In this document: positions 9,635 to 19,200 of the stretch, one piece after another
Position numbering within the stretch: position 1 is the first letter of the stretch
Layout of the letters: the number at the start of each line of letters is the position of its first letter
Source: an uncultured Oscillospiraceae bacterium
Lineage (GTDB): Bacteria; Bacillota; Clostridia; Oscillospirales; Ruminococcaceae
Length of the DNA: 64,000 nt
Assembly (NCBI GenBank): GCA_900539195.1
Contig: UQBC01000004.1
Span: 9,639 to 73,638 of the forward strand
Reading direction: 5' to 3'
Program-made: the position numbers and the translations under genes
The notes under the pieces: generated by a model
What the model was told of the DNA's origin: nothing
Database searches by the model: none
What the model saw: only the letters and a program-made list of their open reading frames with translations

Positions 9635-11041
9635 TTATTGAGTATGACTATCCTTTGGAATAGGGAAAGAAATTGTAACGGTAAATCCACCTTGTTTACC
9701 GTGATCGAAAGACACTGTACCCTTATGGGCGGAAACGATCTGTCCGACAATCAAAAGCCCTAAGCCGTGCCGTGGCTCGGTTGTCCCGCTGTCACTCATC
9801 ATATAGTGGGGCGTAGTCCTGAGTTTCTCTAACTTTTCATCGGTAACGCCGACGCCGTTATCTTCTACGACTATTTTATATTCTGTATCGCTTTTTCGGA
9901 CGCATACTGAAATCGTACAGCCATCAGGATTGTGCGTTTGAGAATTTGTAATCAGATTTCCGATTGCCCGCCGCAACAACTCTTTATCTCCATTTATGGC
10001 ACAGGCAGTCAATGCTTCATCTGTATTCCATTCTATCGGATACTTTTCTTCCATATCTAAATTGATAAAGTCAACAACGCTTTGTCTTGCGATTGCTACG
10101 AGATTGACAGGCTCTGGATGGATCGGCTGCATATTATATTCTAACTTCGAGGCAAGATTCAGGTCATTGATGAGATTTTTCATTTTTGTACTTTGCTGAC
10201 GGATAATCCGTGCCTTTTTCCTTTCGCTTTCCGGCAGGCTTTCATTGTCCTCAATCTGTCCGGCATATCCCATTACCATAGAAAGTGGTGTGCGAATGTC
10301 GTGAGAGACTCCGGAAATCCAGTTTGCTCTTGCTGTTTCCTTTCTTTGCAGGTTTCGCTTCTGTTTTTGGAGAATATCCGATGTTTGATTGATTTTAGCG
10401 GCAAGGTCGGATAAAAGTCCTTTTTCCTTGACATAAACAGGCTCACCTGAAGGTAGCGCCTGTATGCCGTTTGTAATCGGTTTAACGGATTTCAGCAGCT
10501 TGGAATTGGCGATCATATAAATCAGGAAAATCAAAAAAACATTCACACCGATTACAATCAGGACAGTATACGGGGCGTTTTTGATGAAATCATAATCCCA
10601 ACTCGGAGACATATGTTTCCAATATCGGTCTTTCGGATAGCCGACAACGACCAATCCATTTTCGCATTCTCCCGTATAGGTCGGGTATCCATCAATATAT
10701 CCTCGTGTCAGACTTGCAATGTCGGAGATCGTATAGTGCAGAGGAACGGTATCCGGCAGATTTTCCGTGTGCCATTTTACCTCTAATGTGTCATTATCTA
10801 TATAGATTGCCCACGCATTCTCCCCGCTTAACCGCTCCGTCATATCGCCGGATAAGATATATCCCGTTTCTGTTTTCTGTAAAGCTTCAGCAGTTTCTTT
10901 TGCAGTCGTCCACGGTCTGCCATTTGCCGTTTGACTTGCGGAAATAGCAGCAAGAATAATAATGTTAAGGACGATGACCAAGACTGTGCTTAACAGCAAT
11001 ATGCCTACAAACCGCCGAATGAGTTTCGTAATATCTTTCAT
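9635..11041 (-). CDS. sensor histidine kinase
   Basis: two N-terminal TM helices, HisKA SHDIRTPL, HATPase_c G-boxes. Confidence 0.85.
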   Translation of the reverse strand: MKDITKLIRRFVGILLLSTVLVIVLNIIILAAISASQTANGRPWTTAKETAEALQKTETGYILSGDMTERLSGENAWAIYIDNDTLEVKWHTENLPDTVPLHYTISDIASLTRGYIDGYPTYTGECENGLVVVGYPKDRYWKHMSPSWDYDFIKNAPYTVLIVIGVNVFLIFLIYMIANSKLLKSVKPITNGIQALPSGEPVYVKEKGLLSDLAAKINQTSDILQKQKRNLQRKETARANWISGVSHDIRTPLSMVMGYAGQIEDNESLPESERKKARIIRQQSTKMKNLINDLNLASKLEYNMQPIHPEPVNLVAIARQSVVDFINLDMEEKYPIEWNTDEALTACAINGDKELLRRAIGNLITNSQTHNPDGCTISVCVRKSDTEYKIVVEDNGVGVTDEKLEKLRTTPHYMMSDSGTTEPRHGLGLLIVGQIVSAHKGTVSFDHGKQGGFTVTISFPIPKDSHTQ

Positions 11042-11042
11042 A

Positions 11043-11747
11043 TCATTTCCCCGTTAATACTAACTTGTAGCCTAAGCCTTTTACCGTAATGAGGGATACC
11101 GGCTTTGACGGGTTAGCTTCAATTTTTTCTCGGATTCTGCGGATATGCGCCATCAGCGAGTTTTCATATCCGTATGGATTATCTCCCCACGCAGCTTCGC
11201 AGAGCTGATCGATGGTTACAATTCTTCCCGCATTGCGGTAGAGCGCCAGCAGTATATCGTGTTCTTTTGCAGTCAGCGGGAAATGATTATTTTCTTTTAT
11301 CACTTCGGCACGGTCAAAGTCAATTTGGCTTCCGGCAAGTTGGACGATAGGATCTTCGCCTTTGTAGTACCGCCGCAGAATGATTCCGATACGCAGGGAT
11401 AATTCTTTTGGCAGGAACGGCTTTACCATATAATCATCTGCACCAAGTCCCAATCCTTTCAGCTTGTCCTCATCTTCTCCACGGGCAGTTAAAAAGAGAA
11501 CTGGGACTTCGGTAAAAGTCCGCATTTGTTCAAACAGAGAAAAGCCGTTCCCATCGGGCAGCATTACATCGAGAATGGCAAGATCAGGCTCCCAATCCCT
11601 GCATATTTTCAGAGCTTCGGCTACTGTTCCAGCAGTCTTGATTGTTTTGAAACCGTCCTGCTCTAAAATAGATGTTACCATTTCACGCAGATCAGCCTCA
11701 TCATCTACGATGAGGATTTTTTTGTATTTTAAGTAATCATAGTCCAT
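11043..11747 (-). CDS. OmpR-family response regulator
   Basis: receiver domain with phospho-Asp DVMLPDGNG; winged-helix C-terminus. Confidence 0.9.
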   Translation of the reverse strand: MDYDYLKYKKILIVDDEADLREMVTSILEQDGFKTIKTAGTVAEALKICRDWEPDLAILDVMLPDGNGFSLFEQMRTFTEVPVLFLTARGEDEDKLKGLGLGADDYMVKPFLPKELSLRIGIILRRYYKGEDPIVQLAGSQIDFDRAEVIKENNHFPLTAKEHDILLALYRNAGRIVTIDQLCEAAWGDNPYGYENSLMAHIRRIREKIEANPSKPVSLITVKGLGYKLVLTGK

Positions 11748-11808
11748 AATGCAATTCTCCTTTTTCTATATTATAGCATATCATTCCTGCATTTTCGCAG
11801 TGCAGTTC

Positions 11809-11846
11809 AAATGTAAGGTAAATGTAAGGTAGAGAGAAGGTTGACA
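11809..11846 (+). promoter_or_regulatory. tandem 11-bp direct repeat (AAATGTAAGGT x2) abutting -35 TTGACA of ABC operon promoter
   Basis: read directly; OmpR-family regulators bind direct repeats upstream of -35. Confidence 0.4.
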
Positions 11847-11897
11847 CAAGGTTGCGCCTTTATACTAAAGACAACAAAGGAAAGGAGATTTCACAAT

Positions 11898-12653
11898 ATG
11901 AATATAATCGAAACTCAAAATCTGACGAAAACCTACGGCGATTTCACGGCAGTATCCCATCTGAATCTCCATATTCGCAAAGGAAGCGTTTATGGATTTT
12001 TAGGTCCGAACGGGGCGGGAAAATCCACAACGATGAAAATGTTTCTCGGTTTGACGCAGCCGACAGAAGGAAGCTTTCATATTGACGGAAAAACATACCC
12101 TTCAGACCGAGTTCCCATTTTGAAGGAAGTTGGTTCATTTATTGAAGCACCCGCCTTTTACGGGAATCTGAGCGGAGAGGAAAACCTTGAAATTATACGG
12201 AAAATTCTTGGGCTTCCAAAAAGCTGTGTCGATGACGCTCTGGAGCTTGTCGGCTTAACTGAATTTAGAAAAAGACTGGCAAAAAAATACTCTCTTGGTA
12301 TGAAGCAGCGTTTAGGTTTAGCAGGCGCATTGATCGGCAGACCGCCGATCCTGATTCTCGACGAGCCGACCAATGGGCTCGATCCGGTGGGTATTCACGA
12401 GATACGCACCCTGATTCGTTCCCTGCCGCAGAAATATGACTGCACGGTATTGGTTTCTTCTCACTTGCTTCCTGAAGTAGAACTTATGGCTGACGATATT
12501 GGTATTCTGAATCACGGTCATCTGCTGTTTGAAGGAACAAAGGAAGAATTGAAAACAAACGCTCGTGCCGCCGGATTCCCGACGGATAATCTGGAAGATA
12601 CTTTCCTTGCTATGATTGATGAAGATAATCGCAGGAGAGGAGGTACGGTATGA
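11898..12653 (+). CDS. ABC transporter ATP-binding protein (lantibiotic/bacitracin-type LanF-like)
   Basis: Walker A GPNGAGKST, signature variant YSLGMKQRL, Walker B ILILDEP; ATG 11898 after AAAGGAG. Confidence 0.85.
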   Translation: MNIIETQNLTKTYGDFTAVSHLNLHIRKGSVYGFLGPNGAGKSTTMKMFLGLTQPTEGSFHIDGKTYPSDRVPILKEVGSFIEAPAFYGNLSGEENLEIIRKILGLPKSCVDDALELVGLTEFRKRLAKKYSLGMKQRLGLAGALIGRPPILILDEPTNGLDPVGIHEIRTLIRSLPQKYDCTVLVSSHLLPEVELMADDIGILNHGHLLFEGTKEELKTNARAAGFPTDNLEDTFLAMIDEDNRRRGGTV

Positions 12654-13375
12654 GTCTCTTAATAGAATCCAAAAAGCTGAAGCGCACAGGCTATCTTCCT
12701 GCTTTTTTGGCAGGTGGCTTTCTTGCAGCAGCTTTTCCGGTTGTCTATATGATGGTAAAAGCAGAGGAAATGACTGCACTCGCAGGCAATCCGATTAACA
12801 TACTGATGTCTGCGAACTGGCAGATGATGGCGATGTTGAATATTCTCATTTCCATTTGCGGCGCTTGTATGATGTACCACACGGAATATGCCGATAACGG
12901 TATGCAGAAAATGTCGGTGCTGCCCATTCGTCAAGGTAGTATGTTCTTTGGAAAATTTCTAATTGCCGCTTTGGTATTATCCGCAATGGTGGTCATAGAA
13001 ATGGCAGTCTTAGTCGGCTGTGCAAAGTATTGGTTTCCAAGTTATGTGTTTGACCTGACCGAAATATTGAAAACCGCAGGTTTCCAAATTATAGTTACGC
13101 TGCCGACTGTAATGCTTATGCTGGTTATTGCGTCTGCCTGTAAGAATATGTGGGTATCCCTTGGTATTGGCGTGATTTTAGTATTTACGCTTTCCATTCT
13201 TCCGCAGGATAATATTGTGTTGAGCCTGTTCCCGTTTGCTTCCCCGTATCAAATGCTCTCTGCGGCAGTGGAAAATAGCCGTACAGCCTTATTTTTAGCT
13301 GTTTGCGGGATTGAAACGGTCGTGTTCGGTATTGCAGAAGTCCTTTATCTGCAAGTAAGGAGGTGTTTTGAATGA
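12650..13375 (+). CDS. ABC-2 type permease (LanE-like)
   Basis: 6-TM hydrophobic 241-aa protein ATGA-coupled to ATPase. Confidence 0.6.
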   Translation: MSLLIESKKLKRTGYLPAFLAGGFLAAAFPVVYMMVKAEEMTALAGNPINILMSANWQMMAMLNILISICGACMMYHTEYADNGMQKMSVLPIRQGSMFFGKFLIAALVLSAMVVIEMAVLVGCAKYWFPSYVFDLTEILKTAGFQIIVTLPTVMLMLVIASACKNMWVSLGIGVILVFTLSILPQDNIVLSLFPFASPYQMLSAAVENSRTALFLAVCGIETVVFGIAEVLYLQVRRCFE

Positions 13376-14142
13376 ATTTCTTATCATTAGTCGGAGTGGA
13401 ACTCAAAAAAATCCGCCGCTCCAAAATCTTATTGATCTTGCTGATCCCTGTCATTATGATGTGGATTCCAAGCATTATCAATGCGGATATGAACTTCGAC
13501 CTGAGAGGAATCCCGATTACGCCGGAAAACAACTTTTTCATTCAGGGCTTTATGGGTATGGTTTGGTTTATGATCCCGGCGTCGCTGGTCATCTGTACGG
13601 TACTGCTGAATCAAACGGAACGCTCCAATAAAGGGATTTTGAAAATGCTGTCCCTGCCGATTAGCACAACGAAACTATGTCTTGCTAAATTCACAGTCCT
13701 GATTTTGTTGGCGGCATTTCAGATGGTTATGTCCATAGGAGCGTACTATATCTGTGCGGCAATCGTTACCCATACGCAGGATTATAATTTTATCCTTGAG
13801 CCATTATATGTCTGCAAAAATGTATGTAGTATCTATGCCGCTGCAATTCCAATGGCTGCTGTATACCTTGCGGTTTCCACTTTAATTCAATCTCCCATTT
13901 TTTCGGTCGGTATCGGTCTGGCTTCGATTGTACCTTCCGTGCTTATGATAAACACAAAAATCTGGTTTGCCTACCCGATGAGCTACCCGTTCTATCTGAT
14001 AATGGTGGCGTATGGGAGAGCTGCTGAAGGTGTTTATGAAACACAAATCGCTTGGCTTCCGTGGTTGCCTGTTGCAGTCGGAATCACTATTTTGGCACTT
14101 GTCGTATCCTGTATGCGATACGGCGCATCTGAAAGGAGATAA
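13372..14142 (+). CDS. ABC-2 type permease (LanG-like)
   Basis: second 6-TM permease translationally coupled. Confidence 0.6.
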   Translation: MNFLSLVGVELKKIRRSKILLILLIPVIMMWIPSIINADMNFDLRGIPITPENNFFIQGFMGMVWFMIPASLVICTVLLNQTERSNKGILKMLSLPISTTKLCLAKFTVLILLAAFQMVMSIGAYYICAAIVTHTQDYNFILEPLYVCKNVCSIYAAAIPMAAVYLAVSTLIQSPIFSVGIGLASIVPSVLMINTKIWFAYPMSYPFYLIMVAYGRAAEGVYETQIAWLPWLPVAVGITILALVVSCMRYGASERR

Positions 14143-14147
14143 CTACA

Positions 14148-14435
14148 ATGAAAAACAAAATTTTAACTGCGATTTCTACCATTATGCTCTTTGTCCCGTG
14201 GACGATCCTGCCACTGCGTACCTTTGATTGGGCGCTGGAATCCCCGGTAGCGGAGATTATGGTTTACAGTTACGCCGCCTTTATGATTTTTTCAGGTATC
14301 TTTTCCATTCTCAGCTATACCAAAGGAAAAGTAAAATCCAAACTTATGCAGGTATGTGTCGTGATTAACAGTATTTATGCGGTTGGTGCAATCGCAATTA
14401 TCGGTATGAATATTGTAACGAGGATTGGCGGGTGA
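14148..14435 (+). CDS. small membrane protein
   Basis: three hydrophobic helices. Confidence 0.35.
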   Translation: MKNKILTAISTIMLFVPWTILPLRTFDWALESPVAEIMVYSYAAFMIFSGIFSILSYTKGKVKSKLMQVCVVINSIYAVGAIAIIGMNIVTRIGG

Positions 14436-14916
14436 TGATATGAAAAAAATAAAAATTCTGACTGCCGTTTTGCTTTCCTTATGTTTGGCTTTTGCTGTTA
14501 CAGGGTGCAGCGGCGACAACCTGAAAGATAGTGTTATAAACGGCTTTAATGATATGCTCCAGCATTTCAGCAAATATGCCCTTACGGACGAAAAAGATTT
14601 GCAGGGCGATAAGACCAAAGGGGAAGATACCTATACCGGCTCCTATACAGCAGATTATGAGGATTTCAATGATAAAGAATATATCTTTGGAGGTACTGCG
14701 TTAGAACGGGATAAAGGAAGTGAGCTTACTGTAACTTACGAGTTGACGGTTGATTCCGGCACGGCAAGGCTTTACTGGCTTGATAAGGGCGAGGAAAAAA
14801 TGATTGTCGATACAAGTAAAAACGGAACATATTCCGTTACCCTTGACGAAGGCGACAACTATCTTACTTTAGAAGGTAATGATTTTTGCGGCTCATTGCA
14901 GGTGGTTGTGGAATGA
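14425..14916 (+). CDS. lipoprotein
   Basis: signal peptide with lipobox VTGC. Confidence 0.45.
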   Translation: MAGDDMKKIKILTAVLLSLCLAFAVTGCSGDNLKDSVINGFNDMLQHFSKYALTDEKDLQGDKTKGEDTYTGSYTADYEDFNDKEYIFGGTALERDKGSELTVTYELTVDSGTARLYWLDKGEEKMIVDTSKNGTYSVTLDEGDNYLTLEGNDFCGSLQVVVE

Positions 14917-15159
14917 TTGCAAAAGCAAGAACAAATCCGCTAAATCTTTGTGCTATGCCTAATACTTTGGAATGTTCGATAAACCGCTAATTCACTCTTG
15001 TTCAGATAAAGCAGAGCTGGATTTAATTCGCCATCTACTTTGCCATTGTCGCCATTTCACTCGCCATTTAATTTGCCATTCCGTATTGTCGCATTGAGCA
15101 TAAAAGCGTTATCAATTTTATTTCCCCATTTTTTAGCATAACATTGAGTAGTGAAAAGA

Positions 15160-15200
15160 ATGAAAACCGCAGGACTTCGATATATAGCTCTGCGGCTTTC
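15160..15200 (-). terminator. rho-independent terminator downstream of DUF1016 gene
   Basis: GCCGCAG...CTGCGG stem followed by U-run on minus strand. Confidence 0.4.
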
Positions 15201-15214
15201 AGCTTTTCGATATT

Positions 15215-16225
15215 TTAGTCTCTTTTGATATGCTTTTGTATATCTTCCACAGACGGGAGCTGTTTGCTCAAAGCTTCAGGAAGCTCACTTGTAACTTTGT
15301 ATTCGCTGACACCGATTGGCTTTGACATATCTTTTAAGGCATATTCAGCGACTAATGCGTTTTTGCTTTTGCACAGCAACAGACCGATAGAAGGATTGTC
15401 ATTATCCTTTTTCAAAATCCCGTCAACGGCTGAGAGATAAAAGTTAAGCTGTCCAGCATATTCCGGCTTAAATTCTCCGGTTTTCAGCTCAATCACAACA
15501 TAGCAGCGAAGATTAAGGTTGTAGAACAGAAGATCAATGTAAAAATCATCGCCGCCGACATTGAGATGATATTGATTGCCGAGAAACGCAAATCCCGTTC
15601 CCAACTCTAAAAGCAGCTTCGTTACATCCTGAACAAGAGCCTGCTCTATATCCCGTTCTACCATATCTTCCTTGAAAGGGATAAAATCAAAAATGTATGG
15701 ATCTTTCATTGTTTGTACGGCAAGCTCACTCTGCGGCGAAGCAAGTCGACTTTCAAAGTTTGAAATCTTATCAGCAATAGCCTGCCGTTCATATAAGCCG
15801 CTTTCAATCTGATGAATCAAGACATTATGCGACCAGCCATTTTCTGCGGTCTTTCGTATATACCACTCTCTTTGCTTTTCTCCTTTAACCTTATCCAAAA
15901 TTGCAACATTGTGCGACCACGGAATTTGTGCAGACACCGTCTGCACAAATTGCTCATCAGGATAAGTGCTTGCAAATTTTGACATATATTTAAGGTTGCG
16001 AACAGAATAGCCCTTTGCGTTCGGGAACGAGAGCTTAATATCAGCCGCCAGATTTTCAATAAATTTATTGCCCCAAGATTTATGCTCGTTTATGATTTTT
16101 CCGATATTGTAATACAGCATAATCAGCTCTTTATTTACACTTAAAGTAGCTTTGTACTGCGCCTGCTGAATTTCCTGTTTGATAGTTTGCACCAAATCAA
16201 GATATTCGTTATTATTCATCAACAT
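15215..16225 (-). CDS. DUF1016 (YhcG-like) PDDEXK-family nuclease
   Basis: C-terminal D...ELK restriction-endonuclease-like motif (IDLLFYNLNLRCYVVIELK); YhcG-type N-terminal domain. Confidence 0.65.
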   Translation of the reverse strand: MLMNNNEYLDLVQTIKQEIQQAQYKATLSVNKELIMLYYNIGKIINEHKSWGNKFIENLAADIKLSFPNAKGYSVRNLKYMSKFASTYPDEQFVQTVSAQIPWSHNVAILDKVKGEKQREWYIRKTAENGWSHNVLIHQIESGLYERQAIADKISNFESRLASPQSELAVQTMKDPYIFDFIPFKEDMVERDIEQALVQDVTKLLLELGTGFAFLGNQYHLNVGGDDFYIDLLFYNLNLRCYVVIELKTGEFKPEYAGQLNFYLSAVDGILKKDNDNPSIGLLLCKSKNALVAEYALKDMSKPIGVSEYKVTSELPEALSKQLPSVEDIQKHIKRD

Positions 16226-16244
16226 CTTTATACCCTCCAGTTAT

Positions 16245-16832
16245 CTATTTCAAAAATTGATTGCGGTATTCCTGATGACGGAAACGGTAGCCCTGTGCGA
16301 TCAGCGTATCCGTTTTCAATGCGACCAAGTTTATATCCGAGTGCATTGCCCGTGCGATTTGCTGAATATCATACCCATTTTCGATATATTCCAGTATTTC
16401 ATCATCAGGCAGGGAGATTTGGGAAGCAAAGATGTTTGCCTCGTACTCCATCCGGCTTTGCCGCATATCGAAAATATTAAATTCCTTGAAGCCGCCGGCT
16501 TTGACCGCTTCTTCTCTATGTAATGCGTCGTGTCCAATCTCATGCAGCATTACGATACGCTCCATTACAGGGTGCAGATCGTCTTTTATGAAGATAAAAC
16601 GGTTACGCATTAAAACCTTGTATGCCCCTCGCTGTTTCTTGAAGGCTAATGGGATAACTTCTATGCCCAGTTCTTGTGCGATTCTATGCGGATCTCTTGT
16701 GCAAAGGTCATTTGCCAGCCGATTCGCCTTTCTGACAATCTCTAAAGTCTGAATATCCAAGAGCAAACACCCCCATTCTACTGCCAGTAAGTATATCTTA
16801 TCAAATACACTGTCCGAAAAAGAGGACATCAA
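16245..16832 (-). CDS. ImmA/IrrE-family metallopeptidase
   Basis: HEIGH HExxH motif; overlaps upstream XRE gene by 4 nt. Confidence 0.75.
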   Translation of the reverse strand: MMSSFSDSVFDKIYLLAVEWGCLLLDIQTLEIVRKANRLANDLCTRDPHRIAQELGIEVIPLAFKKQRGAYKVLMRNRFIFIKDDLHPVMERIVMLHEIGHDALHREEAVKAGGFKEFNIFDMRQSRMEYEANIFASQISLPDDEILEYIENGYDIQQIARAMHSDINLVALKTDTLIAQGYRFRHQEYRNQFLK

Positions 16833-16835
16833 GCG

Positions 16836-17240
16836 TTATTTCCGGTATTTTTTGGGAGTGTACTTTTTATTCTTCTCTTTGGCGATCCAGTACGCTTCCT
16901 GAATGCCTTTCATCATCTCGTCCAAATCCTCATCTGCAAGCTCGCCGCCTGCAAAAAGCCCCGTAACCTCTGCCATAAGCTCCTTTGCCTGTCTTGCGCC
17001 TTTGCTTCCGTATTTGGATTCAGCGTTCAGCAGAAATTCCTCGTCATCGGTAAGCAGATAGTTGACATCGACCTTCAGGACTTCCGCCATCTTATAATAG
17101 GTTTCCCTTTTTTTCGGGTAGCGGGTGCCAGCCTCATAATTCGATACTGTCCGCAGAGAAACGCCGATTGCTTTTGCAAACTCATCTTGCTTTAAGCCTG
17201 CCTTCGTGCGGGCTTCTTTTACTTTCTCACAGAATTTCAT
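16836..17240 (-). CDS. XRE-family repressor (ImmR/Tn916 Orf9-like)
   Basis: HTH_3 KQDEFAKAIGVSLRTVSNYEAG; ATG at 17240 with GGAGG RBS (track ORF extends to 17390 through promoter region). Confidence 0.75.
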   Translation of the reverse strand: MKFCEKVKEARTKAGLKQDEFAKAIGVSLRTVSNYEAGTRYPKKRETYYKMAEVLKVDVNYLLTDDEEFLLNAESKYGSKGARQAKELMAEVTGLFAGGELADEDLDEMMKGIQEAYWIAKEKNKKYTPKKYRK

Positions 17241-17281
17241 TTCATCTGACCTCCAAATTATTCGACCTGATTTGAAAATAT

Positions 17282-17390
17282 CTTGCGTATCTATATTGAC
17301 AAGCGCAAGTAAATTTCGTATAATGTCAATACGCAAGTAAGTTGCGTATATATAATAACCGAACTTGCGTGTTTTGTCAAGGGAGTTCAA
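17282..17390. promoter_or_regulatory. divergent promoter/operator region (lysogeny-switch-like)
   Basis: + strand TTGACA(17296)-17nt-TATAAT(17319); palindrome TACGCAAGTAAGTTGCGTA at ~17330-17348; repeated CTTGCGTA/ACGCAAG half-sites; minus-strand TTGACA-17-TATTAT near 17340-17380. Confidence 0.55.
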
Positions 17391-17453
17391 TCAATTAGCT
17401 TGAACTTTTATCTACCAACAAATGATACCCGTTTTAAGGATTGAGGCGAACAG

Positions 17454-18020
17454 ATGGGACGGAAAGATACAATCGCTGCGAAAAGTATTCGGAAAATGTA
17501 CGAGCAGCTTAATTTGAATCAATCGGATATATTCTCGAAAACAAAATTGCTTCTTGGCGTATACCGTGATGTGGTCTGGATTACGCTGAGCGAGTCTGCC
17601 CGTGTGAATGAGGAGCTGGCATATTACGGAGAAGAACTGGACAGCGCCCTTGTCTATTTGGAGCTGTTTGCGCCGGATACCGAGAAGCAGGAGTTTGAGA
17701 GCCGTATCAGCGCTTTGTTTGAGAACAAGTGGATGGTTGACCTGATTGATACCGCTATGGCGAAAATATATGACTACCATAACAACGGCAGGCTGTACCA
17801 CGAAATCATATCGAAAAGCTACCTGACAGCATTTCGGTATACGGAGAGCGAACTGCTCGATCTCTTGAATATGGAGCGCAGTACCTTTTACGACCGGAAA
17901 CGGGAAGCGATTTTGCTTCTCGGCGTATCTCTGTGGGGATATGCGATTCCGTGCTTCAAAGGAATCTTTAATATGAAGGGAGCTGATGAAAGCGGCGATA
18001 TTCCCGATTTTTTCAAATAA
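17454..18020 (+). CDS. HTH/sigma-like transcriptional regulator (Tn916 Orf7-like)
   Basis: C-terminal region resembling sigma-70 region 4/ArpU HTH; position divergent from repressor. Confidence 0.4.
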   Translation: MGRKDTIAAKSIRKMYEQLNLNQSDIFSKTKLLLGVYRDVVWITLSESARVNEELAYYGEELDSALVYLELFAPDTEKQEFESRISALFENKWMVDLIDTAMAKIYDYHNNGRLYHEIISKSYLTAFRYTESELLDLLNMERSTFYDRKREAILLLGVSLWGYAIPCFKGIFNMKGADESGDIPDFFK

Positions 18021-18506
18021 AGGCTTGTCCGACTAAAGTCCGACGAAATCCCTACTGAATGTCCGACCTTGCGTATGCTACACTGTGTATGCTGCCCGAA
18101 GAACGGCTTTCGTTTACAGAACGAGGCTGAAAACGAAATGGCAGAAAATTGGCACAGTTTTGCCGATGATACGGAAAAGCAAATCTGTTACAATTAGTAT
18201 GCCTAAAGCTTTGAGAATTTTTCTTGATTTTCAAATGCTGGTTGAATATCTTTTAGGCGGCAATACAGCAGCTTAGGCAAAACGAATTGAATATGTGTTT
18301 TGAAGAAGCAGTTATAGCTTTCAGCCTTCGGGCGTGAATGTTATAGCTGCTTTTTTTGTGCAGCCCTTTTCGCTTTTGTCAAGCGGAAAGGGAGCTTTAT
18401 GTCTATCACAGTATGGCAGGCGTTTGTATGTAGGTATCCGTGATCTCCGGAGTTTTTGATTGTGACCTTATATATCAAAAATTCCAAATTTAAGGAGATT
18501 ACGGAA

Positions 18507-19091
18507 ATGAAAAAACTTACAGTAAAAAAGCAGGTAGAATTATTTGCACAGGATTGTAAACTCATCAACCTTCAGTATGAGTATAGTGGTTTCACTGGAA
18601 CGGAAAAATGGGCAATTATAACGGAGCTGTCCGAAGAAGCATTGTGGGATAAGTACCCTGATGTCATCAGCAGGTATACGCCTTTTATACTTCTGTCAAT
18701 GGCACAGGGAGAAGTGATTAGTGAATCACATAGAAATAATGATAAATATGAAAAGCGCAGCAAAAGGACGATAGATGTATACGGTTACGAAGATGATATT
18801 TTTGAGCAGTTCCATCCGAAATCTATCGCACCGTTTATTGATCCGTTTGATAAAGCGGAGGAGGAACAGATCGAGGAAGAAAAAGAAAAGCTGCGGCAAT
18901 TAGAACTTTCTAAGGTAAGACAAGCGTTAAGTATGCTGCAACCTGTTCAAAGGGAGCGCCTTCTTAAATCCGTTTTGCTTGGGATTAGTTCAAGGAAAAT
19001 TGCGAAAGAGGAGGGCATAAATTATAGCTCCGTAGATAAGTCAATCGCTGCCGCAATAAAAAATTTCAAAAAATTTTATGAAAACCTCTGA
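18507..19091 (+). CDS. sigma-70 region-4-like HTH protein (Tn916 Orf8-like)
   Basis: C-terminal LLKSVLLGISSRKIAKEEGINYSSVDKSIAAAIKNF resembles sigma70_r4; ATG 18507 after AAGGAG. Confidence 0.5.
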   Translation: MKKLTVKKQVELFAQDCKLINLQYEYSGFTGTEKWAIITELSEEALWDKYPDVISRYTPFILLSMAQGEVISESHRNNDKYEKRSKRTIDVYGYEDDIFEQFHPKSIAPFIDPFDKAEEEQIEEEKEKLRQLELSKVRQALSMLQPVQRERLLKSVLLGISSRKIAKEEGINYSSVDKSIAAAIKNFKKFYENL

Positions 19092-19200
19092 TTTTGGGTG
19101 TGCATTTCGCACCCCTTTGTCCAAATGAGTGAAGGGGTATTTCTATTCCGGATATGAAATGCGCTTTCAAAACTCAATGAACAGAGAGGTTATACATAAA

